This document shows positions 55,627-64,000 of a DNA stretch of 64,000 bases, piece by piece. The translations under genes were made by a program, and so were the position numbers. The notes under the pieces were generated by a model. It was given only the letters and a program-made list of their open reading frames with translations, had not been told where the DNA came from and did not search any database. Source of the stretch: an uncultured Alistipes sp. Lineage in GTDB: Bacteria; Bacteroidota; Bacteroidia; Bacteroidales; Rikenellaceae. How positions within the stretch are numbered: position 1 is the first letter of the stretch; the number at the start of each line of letters is the position of its first letter. The stretch covers positions 1,526 through 65,525 of the forward strand of contig CAZFQU010000002.1 of assembly GCA_964521245.1 (NCBI GenBank). The letters are read 5' to 3'.

Positions 55627-55786
55627 AATTCTAAAATTTAGCGGTTATAAGTTCTCAAATTAGTTTAATGATATCTACACGCCAACTGCTCGAAGATGCG
55701 GAGTTTACCACAAGCAAGGTAAATAAGCATCTTGAGGGCGAGCGCATGGTGAAGTCACCTTCCTTTTGCAACTTCTAATCAGACCG

Positions 55787-56170
55787 CTAAATAATAAGCC
55801 GACAGAGCATCGCTCTGAGGTGAGCGGGTGCTGGGTCGGCATAGTACGACAAAATGTAAGAACTCTTTATAGGCTTGAGCCAACTACCTCTGAGGTTAGT
55901 GCCAAAGAGGTGAGACTGACCCGACGAATTGACACGCGAAGGGGTTTTGTGTGTAGAAAGAGAAACCTCGTGAGTGATGATGCGCACTTGTGAGGGCAGT
56001 TGCATCGACTCGCTTTGCGACGATGTATGAAGAGAATATTGACACTCTGTGTGCGATGTGTTGACTGAGTTTGGTCTGGGCACAGACTTTTTGCCACACT
56101 CAGCCACACCGCCCGACCAACAAAGGACAAGCAGCAAAACAGGGAATATGAGTCGCAACCAAAATCTCAT
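55787..56170 (-). CDS. hypothetical small secreted protein or lipoprotein
   Basis: 127 aa. MRFWLRLIFPVLLLVLCWSGGVAEC signal-like N-terminus. Own TAnnTTTG box at 56220-56227. Ser/His-rich and low complexity, so coding status is uncertain. Confidence 0.4.
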   Translation of the reverse strand: MRFWLRLIFPVLLLVLCWSGGVAECGKKSVPRPNSVNTSHTECQYSLHTSSQSESMQLPSQVRIITHEVSLSTHKTPSRVNSSGQSHLFGTNLRGSWLKPIKSSYILSYYADPAPAHLRAMLCRLII

Positions 56171-56219
56171 CTAAAACGACACTTACTATCTCTTCAGGTG
56201 GAGTTAAATTACCACTTGG

Positions 56220-56227
56220 CAAAGGTA
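56220..56227 (-). promoter_or_regulatory. -7 box TACCTTTG for the 127-aa ORF
   Basis: Exact TAnnTTTG on the minus strand, 50 nt upstream of the ATG at 56170. Confidence 0.4.
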
Positions 56228-56271
56228 GTAAAATTTATGAATCTAAAAAACTACTCCGGACAGATTTATCA

Positions 56272-57120
56272 CTATTGCGGAATAAAAATGTAGGTAATGG
56301 TTCCTCGCTGGCGTTCGGGAGCCGAAGAGTCGATGTTGACCGTCGAGTTGCGAGCAGCCCTGAGAGCCACCTGACGCATATAGTCGTCGCCACCCGACAG
56401 CACCTTGGCACTCACCACCTTGCCATCGCGTGCCACCTCTATCTCAACAATAACCTCGCCACCACCCTCGCACTGGAAGGCTGGCACCTGAAGATTGCGC
56501 TCCGTTCTTACGGGGTTGTTGATATCCAGACGTACGGTAACATATCCCGCCACCTTCCTATCCTCGCGCTTCGAGTCGTCAGAAGAGCCATTGTCACCCC
56601 CTTTGCCTATCTCACCAACCTCTTGCAACCCCTTTTCGTAGGCTTCGCGGTTGGCTCTCATACGCTCGGCTGTGGCTTGTGCTTGGGCATTAAGCTCGGC
56701 AGCGTGGTTACCTCGGTCGGTCTTAAGGTTCTCGTTCAGGGCATTCTCGTTGGAGGTGGTGTTCTGCACCTTGCTCCAGTCGAACTCTTCCTGCGAGGTA
56801 AGGGAGCGATTCTGCTCCTTGAGCCTTTCCAACTCCTGTTCCAAATCCATCAGCTGATTGAGGCCGATATACACCGTTTGGTCAACCTTGTCGGCTCCGA
56901 CTATAATCTTCGCACTGACGAAGGCTATTGCCACAACAAGATAGACAATCAGAGTGATGGACAGTCCCACACGATGGTCGTATGCCCAAACACCCCAATC
57001 CTCCTTGCGATTATCGAAGGGCAGAGGGAGCTTTGGTCTGCGCTGACCGGCTCTGGGGTTTCGACCTCGAGGGGTGTTTTGTTGACCATTGTTTATATTT
57101 TGTGGTTGATTCTTCTCCAT
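56272..57120 (-). CDS. membrane protein with coiled-coil and TonB-C-terminal-like domain
   Basis: 282 aa. Basic/Pro-rich N-terminus, one TM segment (LSITLIVYLVVAIAFV), a coiled coil, and a C-terminal GEVIVEIEVARDGKVVSAKVLSGG...ALRAARNS segment resembling TonB_C. Confidence 0.55.
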   Translation of the reverse strand: MEKNQPQNINNGQQNTPRGRNPRAGQRRPKLPLPFDNRKEDWGVWAYDHRVGLSITLIVYLVVAIAFVSAKIIVGADKVDQTVYIGLNQLMDLEQELERLKEQNRSLTSQEEFDWSKVQNTTSNENALNENLKTDRGNHAAELNAQAQATAERMRANREAYEKGLQEVGEIGKGGDNGSSDDSKREDRKVAGYVTVRLDINNPVRTERNLQVPAFQCEGGGEVIVEIEVARDGKVVSAKVLSGGDDYMRQVALRAARNSTVNIDSSAPERQRGTITYIFIPQ

Positions 57121-57139
57121 CTAAATCAATAATTTTGAG

Positions 57140-57147
57140 CAAAAGTA
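57140..57147 (-). promoter_or_regulatory. -7 box TACTTTTG for the TonB-C-like gene
   Basis: Exact TAnnTTTG on the minus strand, 19 nt upstream of the ATG at 57120. Confidence 0.4.
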
Positions 57148-57169
57148 CGATTTTTTTGTTAAAAATACC

Positions 57170-57177
57170 TATATTTG
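57170..57177 (+). promoter_or_regulatory. -7 box TATATTTG for lpxC/fabZ-lpxA
   Basis: Exact TAnnTTTG 27 nt upstream of the ATG at 57205. Confidence 0.45.
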
Positions 57178-57204
57178 TAGGCAAAACTGTAAACTAAAAT
57201 ATTT

Positions 57205-58599
57205 ATGGCTTCGAAACAACAAACACTGAAAGCTCCCATTACCTTCTCGGGTAAGGGACTGCATACGGGTCTTCAGGTTACGATGACCGTTAAGCCTGCA
57301 CCCGCAAACAGCGGTATAGTTTTTCGCCGTGTTGACCTCGAGGGTCAGCCCGTAATTCCTGCACTCTGTGATTATGTGACCGACACTTCGCGCGGTACTA
57401 CAATCGAGCATAATGGCGCAAAAGTATCGACCATTGAGCATATCATGTCTGCCCTTTGGACCTTGGGCGTTGATAATGCCGAGATTGATATCAATGCTCC
57501 CGAGACCCCTATTATGGATGGTTCGGCACGCGAGTATGCAGCAGCATTGGTAGATACAGGCTTGGAGGAGCAGCTCGCCGAGCGTCAGTACTACCACGTT
57601 ACAGAGAAGATGGTCTATACCATCCCCGAGAAGGGTGTTGCCATCATCCCCTATCCCGGCGACGAGTTCTCGGTATCGGTACACGTTGACTACAACTCGA
57701 AGGTTATCGGCAACCAATACTCTACCTTCCAGCCCGGCGACAACTACGCAGCTAAGATTGCTCCCTGCCGTACATTCGTCTTCCTCCACGAGTTGGAGCC
57801 TCTGATGAAGATGAATCTTATCAAGGGTGGAGACTTGGACAATGCAATTGTGGTCGTTGAAAATCCCGTATCGGATGAGCAGCTGGAGCATCTGAAGTCG
57901 ATATTCAACAAGCAGGATATTCAGATTACGGGCGGTTATCTGAACAATCTCGAGCTTCGCTTCAACAACGAGCTTGCCCGCCACAAGCTCCTCGACCTGC
58001 TTGGCGACTTCGCACTCCTTGGTCGCAGAATCAAGGGCAGAGTGTGGGCTACGCGTCCCGGACACTTTGCCAACACCGAGTTTATGAAGCAGGTTAAGCG
58101 CACCATTCGCAAGGAGGGCGAGAAGCCCCGCTTCAAGTATGATTGCCGTCAGACTCCTCTGCACGATATTAACTCCATTCGCAGAATGTTACCTCACCGT
58201 CCTCCCTTCTTGTTGGTTGACAGAATCTTCCACCTCGACGGCACGTCGGTAGCCGGCATTAAGAATGTCACGATGAACGAACCCTTCTTCGTGGGTCACT
58301 TCCCCGAGGAGCCTGTAATGCCCGGTGTGCTTATTGTCGAGGCTATGGCTCAGTGTTCGGGTATTTTGGTGCTTGGCACTGTACCCGACCCCGAGAACTA
58401 CTCGACCTACTTTATGAAGATTGACGGCGTAAAGTTCAAGCGCAAGGTTGTCCCGGGCGATACCCTCCAATTCGAGATTAACCTCTTGGAGCCTATTCGT
58501 CGCGGTGTAGCTCTCTGCGAGGGAAAGGCTTTCGTTGGCGACACACTCGCTTGCGAGGCAGTGATGATGGCTCAGATTGTCAAGAACAAGACTAAATAA
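57205..58599 (+). CDS. lpxC: bifunctional UDP-3-O-acyl-GlcNAc deacetylase / 3-hydroxyacyl-ACP dehydratase (LpxC-FabZ fusion)
   Basis: 464 aa. N-terminal LpxC segment (GKGLHTG, TTIEH...STIEH) and C-terminal FabZ segment (PFFVGHFPEEPVMPGVL). Confidence 0.95.
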   Translation: MASKQQTLKAPITFSGKGLHTGLQVTMTVKPAPANSGIVFRRVDLEGQPVIPALCDYVTDTSRGTTIEHNGAKVSTIEHIMSALWTLGVDNAEIDINAPETPIMDGSAREYAAALVDTGLEEQLAERQYYHVTEKMVYTIPEKGVAIIPYPGDEFSVSVHVDYNSKVIGNQYSTFQPGDNYAAKIAPCRTFVFLHELEPLMKMNLIKGGDLDNAIVVVENPVSDEQLEHLKSIFNKQDIQITGGYLNNLELRFNNELARHKLLDLLGDFALLGRRIKGRVWATRPGHFANTEFMKQVKRTIRKEGEKPRFKYDCRQTPLHDINSIRRMLPHRPPFLLVDRIFHLDGTSVAGIKNVTMNEPFFVGHFPEEPVMPGVLIVEAMAQCSGILVLGTVPDPENYSTYFMKIDGVKFKRKVVPGDTLQFEINLLEPIRRGVALCEGKAFVGDTLACEAVMMAQIVKNKTK

Positions 58600-58626
58600 G
58601 ATTACAAAACTATATAAATCCAAACT

Positions 58627-59418
58627 ATGATTAGTCCTTTAGCCTATGTTCACCCCAACGCAAAGTTGGGCGAGAATGTAACCGTTGAACCCTTTGCATA
58701 TATTGCCGACAATGTGACCATTGGCGATAATACTTGGGTTGGTCCCGGTGCTGTGATTCACTCAGGCGCACGAATCGGTAAGAATTGTAAGATTCACACC
58801 GCAGCATCTATCGCTTGTCTGCCCCAAGATTTGAAGTTCAAGGGCGAGGAGACAACAGCTGTAATTGGAGATAACAACGATATTCGCGAGTGTGTTACCA
58901 TCAGCCGTGGTACGGCATCCACCGGCACTACGATTATCGGCGACAATAACCTTTTGATGGCTTATGTTCACGTAGGTCACGACTGCGTTATCGGCAGCAA
59001 TTGTGTGGTTGCAAACCGCGTATCGTTTGCTGGTGAGGTACACGTTGGCGATTGGGCAGTTATCGGTGGTCACGCCGCAATTCACCAGTGGACCCACATT
59101 GGCGCACACGTGATGATTCAGGGCGGTGCGCTGCTGGGCAAGGACGTTCCTCCCTATGTGATTGTCCGCAACGATACTATGCGCTATGCAGGTGTCAATC
59201 GTGTGGGTCTTACCCGTCGAGGCTTCAGCTCCGAGCGCGTAGCCGAGATTCACGATGCTTGTCGTATTCTCTTCCAGAGTGGTCTGAACTATATCAATGG
59301 TTGCGACGAGGTGGAGAAGCAGATACCTCAAAGTCCCGAGCGCGATTACATTCTCGAGTTTATCCGCTCCTCGAAGCGTGGCATTATCAAGCCCTACGCA
59401 GCAGGAGGTGAGGAGTAA
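58627..59418 (+). CDS. lpxA: acyl-ACP--UDP-N-acetylglucosamine O-acyltransferase
   Basis: 263 aa. Left-handed beta-helix hexapeptide repeats plus a C-terminal helical domain. Confidence 0.94.
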   Translation: MISPLAYVHPNAKLGENVTVEPFAYIADNVTIGDNTWVGPGAVIHSGARIGKNCKIHTAASIACLPQDLKFKGEETTAVIGDNNDIRECVTISRGTASTGTTIIGDNNLLMAYVHVGHDCVIGSNCVVANRVSFAGEVHVGDWAVIGGHAAIHQWTHIGAHVMIQGGALLGKDVPPYVIVRNDTMRYAGVNRVGLTRRGFSSERVAEIHDACRILFQSGLNYINGCDEVEKQIPQSPERDYILEFIRSSKRGIIKPYAAGGEE

Positions 59419-59444
59419 GCTCGCGAGAGAACTAAGCAGAATGA

Positions 59445-59482
59445 GGGGTTGTCCGACTTTCGAGAAGGACAACCTCTTTTTT
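59445..59482 (+). terminator. rho-independent terminator of lpxA
   Basis: GGTTGTCC / GGACAACC stem (59447-59454 / 59467-59474) followed by TCTTTTTT. Confidence 0.7.
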
Positions 59483-59507
59483 GTATCGCAATGATAAGGT
59501 AATGATG

Positions 59508-59543
59508 CCAAAAATAGGGGCCACCCATCTAATGAGCAGCCCC
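59508..59543 (-). terminator. candidate terminator of the ior-aminotransferase-CoA-transferase operon
   Basis: GGGGC...GCCCC hairpin (59517-59543), followed on the minus strand by TATTTTT. Confidence 0.45.
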
Positions 59544-59565
59544 AAAACACAGACCTTAAGTCCTA

Positions 59566-60867
59566 CTACTTGAGACGAAGGAAACCTATGCCGAATCGCT
59601 CACACGCTGCACGCTCGAGCATCTCGCGAGCCGAGGGGTCAGCAATCGAGATAAGAGCCTTGGCACGCTCGGCAAGATTCTTATTTCTCAGATATACAAT
59701 ACCATGCTCGGTTGCGATATACTGTGCTTGGAAACGAGTGGTCACTACACCTGCACCCTGAGTCAAGGTGGGGACAATCTTCGAGATACCCTTGTTGGTA
59801 ATCGACGGCAGAGCGATGAAGCACTTACCACCCTCGCTCAATGCACCACCATACATAAAGTCGTGCTGACCACCGACACCCGAGAAGATGGTGGTACCGA
59901 TAGAGTCGGCACAAATCTGACCCGTGAGGTCAATCTCGAGAGCCGAGTTGATGGCCATAACCTTCTGGTTTTGACGGATATTTGCAGGGTCGTTGGTCCA
60001 AGCCACATCGCGGAACACCACGTCGCGGTTGTCGTGCAGATAGTCATACAGACGACGGCTACCCAGAGCCAAGCAAGCTACCGACTGACCGGGATAGAGC
60101 TTTTTGAGCGAGTTGTCGATAATACCCTTTTGAATCAGAGGTACAACACCATCGGTCATAGCCTCGGTGTGCAGACCCAGATGTTTGTGGTCGTAGAGTG
60201 CATCCAAAACCGCATTGGGAATACCACCCACACCAATCTGAAGTGTGGCACCATCGGGAACCTCGGCAGCAATGAAGTTACCAATCTTGCGCTCAACGTC
60301 GTTAGGCACAGCGATAGGCAACTCGACAAGCTCCTCGTCGCCACGCACAAGGGCTGCAATCTTCGAGACGTGGATTACAGGGTCACCAAAGGTGCGGGGC
60401 ATAAACTTATTGACCTGAGCAATGATGGTCTTCGAACACTCGGCTGCCGAGAAGGCGAGGTCTGCCGAGATACCATACGACACATATCCATCCTCATCAG
60501 GCTCCGACACGTTGAGCAGCGTTACATCCAAAGGCACCTGACCACTGCGGAAGAGGAAGGGAATCTCACCCAAAAAGGCGGGAATAGCCTGAGCGACACC
60601 CTCCTTGATAGCCTTGCGCACGCAGTTGGCTACGAAGAAGCTGTTAGCCTCAAACGAATCCAAAAGTTCACGCTTGGCATAGGGTGCATCCTCCTTGCCG
60701 ATGGCAAAAGCCGAATAGACCTTCACGCCGCGCAACTCACCTGCACGCTCGGTCATGGCTTTCACCAACACCTCGGGGATGGAGGTCGAACCCTGAATAT
60801 AGACCGAATCTCCCGACTTGATAAGGTTTACCGCATCAGCGGCTGACATATATTTAATATCTGCCAT
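59566..60867 (-). CDS. acetyl-CoA hydrolase/transferase family protein (4-hydroxybutyrate- or short-acyl-CoA transferase-like)
   Basis: 433 aa. Length and segments (…GGQHDFMYGA…, ...EHGIVYL...) are typical of the Cat2/AbfT-type family. Confidence 0.8.
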   Translation of the reverse strand: MADIKYMSAADAVNLIKSGDSVYIQGSTSIPEVLVKAMTERAGELRGVKVYSAFAIGKEDAPYAKRELLDSFEANSFFVANCVRKAIKEGVAQAIPAFLGEIPFLFRSGQVPLDVTLLNVSEPDEDGYVSYGISADLAFSAAECSKTIIAQVNKFMPRTFGDPVIHVSKIAALVRGDEELVELPIAVPNDVERKIGNFIAAEVPDGATLQIGVGGIPNAVLDALYDHKHLGLHTEAMTDGVVPLIQKGIIDNSLKKLYPGQSVACLALGSRRLYDYLHDNRDVVFRDVAWTNDPANIRQNQKVMAINSALEIDLTGQICADSIGTTIFSGVGGQHDFMYGGALSEGGKCFIALPSITNKGISKIVPTLTQGAGVVTTRFQAQYIATEHGIVYLRNKNLAERAKALISIADPSAREMLERAACERFGIGFLRLK

Positions 60868-60890
60868 TAAAATCTTTTTGTTTTAAGTAA

Positions 60891-62204
60891 TTAAAAATCT
60901 CGGCTGAAGAGCTTCAGACGCTTATCCAGCTCGTCATACTGCGACTCGGAGATGTTCGAGGTACAACCTCTAAGACCCTCTCTTGCACTTCCTGTGCCAC
61001 TCAAAGGTATTGCACTCACGCCATAGTAGATGAGCTTATTGATAAGCATCTCGCTGGTCATATCCTTATAACCGAAGGTGAAGAAGAAGCCATCGGCAAC
61101 ATCTTGGTCACAATCCTTGTCATAGACAATATGGAAACCGTTGCGGAGCATAATCTCCTTAACACGCTCGGCTCTGCGACCATACTCCTTGACTGCCTCG
61201 ATGTAGTTGAACGTACCATCGGCAGCAGCCTTGAACATAGCTGCCATAGCATACTGCACGGTGTGGGTTACACCTGCCGACTGACAGTAGAGAATCGAGT
61301 GTATGAGATTACGACCGAAGTGACCCTGACCATATCTGCGCTTGAAGCCATCGAACTCACGCTCGAAGAGGTTCTCGCTCATCACGATAAGCGCACCACG
61401 CTGACCTGCGTAGGAGAAAATCTTGGATGCCGAAAGCAGCTGAATGAAATTGTCGGTATAACGGGCAACAGTGGGCTGATAAGGAGCGCGGAAAGGCACC
61501 GAACGATCCTCGCGGAAGTCCATGTTAAGGTATGCCAAGTCCTCGATAACTACCACATCATACTTCGTAGCAAGCTCACCAATAGTGCGCAACTCATCCT
61601 CGTTAAGACACATCCACGAGGGGTTGTTGGGGTTCGAGAAGAGGATAGCCGAAATCTTGCCCGACTTAAGATACTCCTCGAGTTTGGGTCCGAGCTTCTC
61701 GTTACGGAAGTCGGCAACGTCGAACGACTCATACTTAGCCTCCATTACTCGGCACTGCTGCTTCTGAACGGGGAAGCCCGGGTCGATAAAGAGGATAGTG
61801 TCGCGGTCGTCGCGCATCTGCTTACAAGCCAACAGCGACACGAAAGCACCCTGCATCGAACCTACCGTGGGAACTATACACTTCTCGGGAACATCTACGT
61901 TGATAAATGCCTTGATGAAGCGTACAGCCTCGCTCTTAAGCTCATCTATACCCGTGATGTTGGGATACTTTGCAGCAATACCCGTCTGGATGGCTTTACG
62001 CTCGGCATCGACACCCACCTGTGCAGGCTCCAAACCGGGGACACCCATCTCCATACGAATATATCGCTCACCCGTAGCGCGCTCAATATCCGACACTACG
62101 CTCACAAACTGACGAATGGTTGCCGAGCCAAGCTCCTTGGCATTGTGCAGACCGTTGGCAATGCAGATGGCATCAACCAACTCTTTGTTTAAGGGCTGAT
62201 TCAT
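60891..62204 (-). CDS. PLP-dependent aminotransferase (class I/II fold)
   Basis: 437 aa. Candidate PLP-lysine context SASKIFSYAGQR. Confidence 0.8.
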   Translation of the reverse strand: MNQPLNKELVDAICIANGLHNAKELGSATIRQFVSVVSDIERATGERYIRMEMGVPGLEPAQVGVDAERKAIQTGIAAKYPNITGIDELKSEAVRFIKAFINVDVPEKCIVPTVGSMQGAFVSLLACKQMRDDRDTILFIDPGFPVQKQQCRVMEAKYESFDVADFRNEKLGPKLEEYLKSGKISAILFSNPNNPSWMCLNEDELRTIGELATKYDVVVIEDLAYLNMDFREDRSVPFRAPYQPTVARYTDNFIQLLSASKIFSYAGQRGALIVMSENLFEREFDGFKRRYGQGHFGRNLIHSILYCQSAGVTHTVQYAMAAMFKAAADGTFNYIEAVKEYGRRAERVKEIMLRNGFHIVYDKDCDQDVADGFFFTFGYKDMTSEMLINKLIYYGVSAIPLSGTGSAREGLRGCTSNISESQYDELDKRLKLFSRDF

Positions 62205-62206
62205 AA

Positions 62207-62788
62207 CTACATCTTAACGCTATTATCCATACCTGCCTTCAATGCTGCGAGGTTCTTGGAGACAACCTCCTCGCCCTTGCGCGAGAAGATGCGCTCAACA
62301 CCTGCCTGAATCTTCTCAGCACCCATACCGAGCATAGGAACAGCCGCACCGAGAAGTACCATATTGGCTGCCTGAGCGGGGGCACCTGCCTCCTTAGCCA
62401 ACTTCTCAACGTCGAGCATAACCACCTGAGGAAGCTCCTTAAGACGTGCATAAAGTGCCTCAATCTCGGGATAGTTGTCGATGTTTACGAAGGGTACGGA
62501 GTTGGTCACAATCCAACCATCCTTCTTCAAATAGGGAACATAGCGCAGAGCCTCCATAGGCTCGAGCGAGATGATGATGTCGGCACCGCCCTTGGCAATA
62601 AGGTCGCTGGCAATAGGCTCCGACGAAAGGCGAAGGTTCGACTGCACGTCGCCACCACGCTGGCTCATACCGTGAACTTCTGCCTGCTTGATATAGAGGT
62701 TCTCGGCAATTGCTGCCTCACCGATAATGGTGGCAATCGAAAGGATACCCTGACCACCTACACCTGCTAAGATTATATCTTTTTTCAT
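62207..62788 (-). CDS. iorB: indolepyruvate:ferredoxin oxidoreductase beta subunit
   Basis: 193 aa. ILAGVGGQGILS start typical of the 2-oxoacid oxidoreductase gamma/IorB fold. Directly downstream of iorA. Confidence 0.85.
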   Translation of the reverse strand: MKKDIILAGVGGQGILSIATIIGEAAIAENLYIKQAEVHGMSQRGGDVQSNLRLSSEPIASDLIAKGGADIIISLEPMEALRYVPYLKKDGWIVTNSVPFVNIDNYPEIEALYARLKELPQVVMLDVEKLAKEAGAPAQAANMVLLGAAVPMLGMGAEKIQAGVERIFSRKGEEVVSKNLAALKAGMDNSVKM

Positions 62789-62830
62789 CTTGATTTTTCA
62801 AATTTAATTGGTTCTACTTAACTCTTTGGG

Positions 62831-64000
62831 CTACTTCTTCTGCTGCTTTGCGTGACGCTTCAGAGTCTGAATACACTCACGACGAGGTATCACTACCGAT
62901 ACGCCATTGTAAGCAACCTCCTCGCGAAGCACCTGCTTAATCTCCTCCATATTCTTGGGCAGAGGCACCACTACGCGGATATGCTCAGGCTCAACGCCCA
63001 CACCCTGACAGATAGCCTCCAGACGACCTGTACCTGCCGAGTCCTGACCACCGGTCATACCCGTAGTGAGGTTGTCGGAGATAACCACAACAACATTAGC
63101 CTTAGAGTTCACGCAATCCAACAGACCGGTAATACCCGAGTGAGTGAAGGTCGAGTCGCCAATCACAGCAAATGCGGGGTGCTGACCTGCATCAGCTGCA
63201 CCCTTAGCCATAGTGATTGATGCACCCATATCTACGCACGAGTGGATAGCGCGGAAGGGAGGCATTGCACCCAGAGTGTAGCAACCGATATCGGCAAATA
63301 CACGCGAGTTCTCATACTCACCGGCAACCTCCTTCAAAGCGGTGTACATATCGCGGTGACCACAACCCTGACAAAGTGCGGGAGGACGAGGAGCCACCAA
63401 AGGCTCTGCATCGAAGCTTGCCAAAGCCTCCATACCGAGTGCCTTGCGTACCGAGTCGGGAGTAAGCTCACCTGCACGGGGCAGCTCACCGGTCAGACGA
63501 CCTGTAACGGGAATGTTCGAGGGAACCAAACCACGCATCATCTCCTCGATAACGGGCTGACCCTCCTCCATTACCATAACCTCCTTAACGCCATCGGCTA
63601 CCATCTGGGCGATGAGCTTCTTGGGCAGAGGATACTGCGAAATCTTAACTACGGGATAGGGGCAACCATCGGGATAGTTCTCCATAAGGTAGTTGTAAGC
63701 AATACCCGAAGCCACGATACCACGGCTCATATCGCTACCCTTCTTATAGAAGTTGAAGCCACGCTCAAGGGCATCCTGCTCGAAGAGCGACTGCTCCTCA
63801 ATCAAGGTGTTGTATCTGACTCTGGAGTTACCGGGCAGAAGAATCCACTGACGAGCATTCTCGGGAGTAGAGAGCTGGTTCTGCTCACGCTGCTCACCCA
63901 ACTCAACCACTGCGCGCGAGTGAGCCATACGGGTTGTCACACGCATAAGAACGGGGATGTGATACTTCTCCGAGTAGTCGAATGCCGCGCGGGTCATATC
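62831..64000 (-). CDS. iorA: indolepyruvate:ferredoxin oxidoreductase alpha subunit (C-terminal ~390 codons; the start lies beyond the window)
   Basis: The frame is open to the right edge. TPP-binding GDSTFTHSG and the CQGCGH Cys motif. Confidence 0.88.
   Translation of the reverse strand, partial: DMTRAAFDYSEKYHIPVLMRVTTRMAHSRAVVELGEQREQNQLSTPENARQWILLPGNSRVRYNTLIEEQSLFEQDALERGFNFYKKGSDMSRGIVASGIAYNYLMENYPDGCPYPVVKISQYPLPKKLIAQMVADGVKEVMVMEEGQPVIEEMMRGLVPSNIPVTGRLTGELPRAGELTPDSVRKALGMEALASFDAEPLVAPRPPALCQGCGHRDMYTALKEVAGEYENSRVFADIGCYTLGAMPPFRAIHSCVDMGASITMAKGAADAGQHPAFAVIGDSTFTHSGITGLLDCVNSKANVVVVISDNLTTGMTGGQDSAGTGRLEAICQGVGVEPEHIRVVVPLPKNMEEIKQVLREEVAYNGVSVVIPRRECIQTLKRHAKQQKK

Overview
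This 64-kb chromosomal segment looks like a Bacteroidales (Bacteroidota) genome. The evidence is TAnnTTTG -7 promoter boxes in front of many genes, a fused lpxC-fabZ next to lpxA, a UpxY-type antiterminator heading a capsule locus, and many lipoprotein signal peptides. I call about 58 protein genes and one tRNA-Gly(CCC). I saw no rRNA, CRISPR array, transposase, integrase or phage genes. Most of the window is housekeeping: csp, PPi-type pfk, reverse rubrerythrin, acyl-CoA dehydrogenase with etfBA, purA, dapA, ligA, ald, pepD, ispF, uvrA, lpxC/fabZ-lpxA, and iorAB with an aminotransferase and a CoA-transferase. The accessory content is a ~14-kb minus-strand capsular polysaccharide locus (20.2-34.1 kb: UpxY, initiating sugar transferase, ugd, uronate epimerase, rfbA/D/B without rfbC, wzx, EpsG/wzy, GT2, TupA-like ATP-grasp, PF14907-like nucleotidyltransferase, GT4). 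There are also two very large orphan surface lipoproteins (936 aa of unknown function, and a ~1100-aa GH13) and several uncharacterised secreted or membrane proteins. I did not find a convincing novel protein-based system. The most unusual signals are non-coding. One is a ~125-132-nt unit repeated three times in tandem at 43.68-44.06 kb, with a fourth copy at 6.54-6.64 kb; it has a near-invariant 24-31-nt box and a hairpin whose apex is conserved while its base covaries. The other is a second family of three near-identical terminator modules (13.73, 20.16 and 53.49 kb), one of which has its hairpin core flipped relative to its conserved flank. All product calls come from motif recognition by eye, no searches were run, and start codons are approximate.
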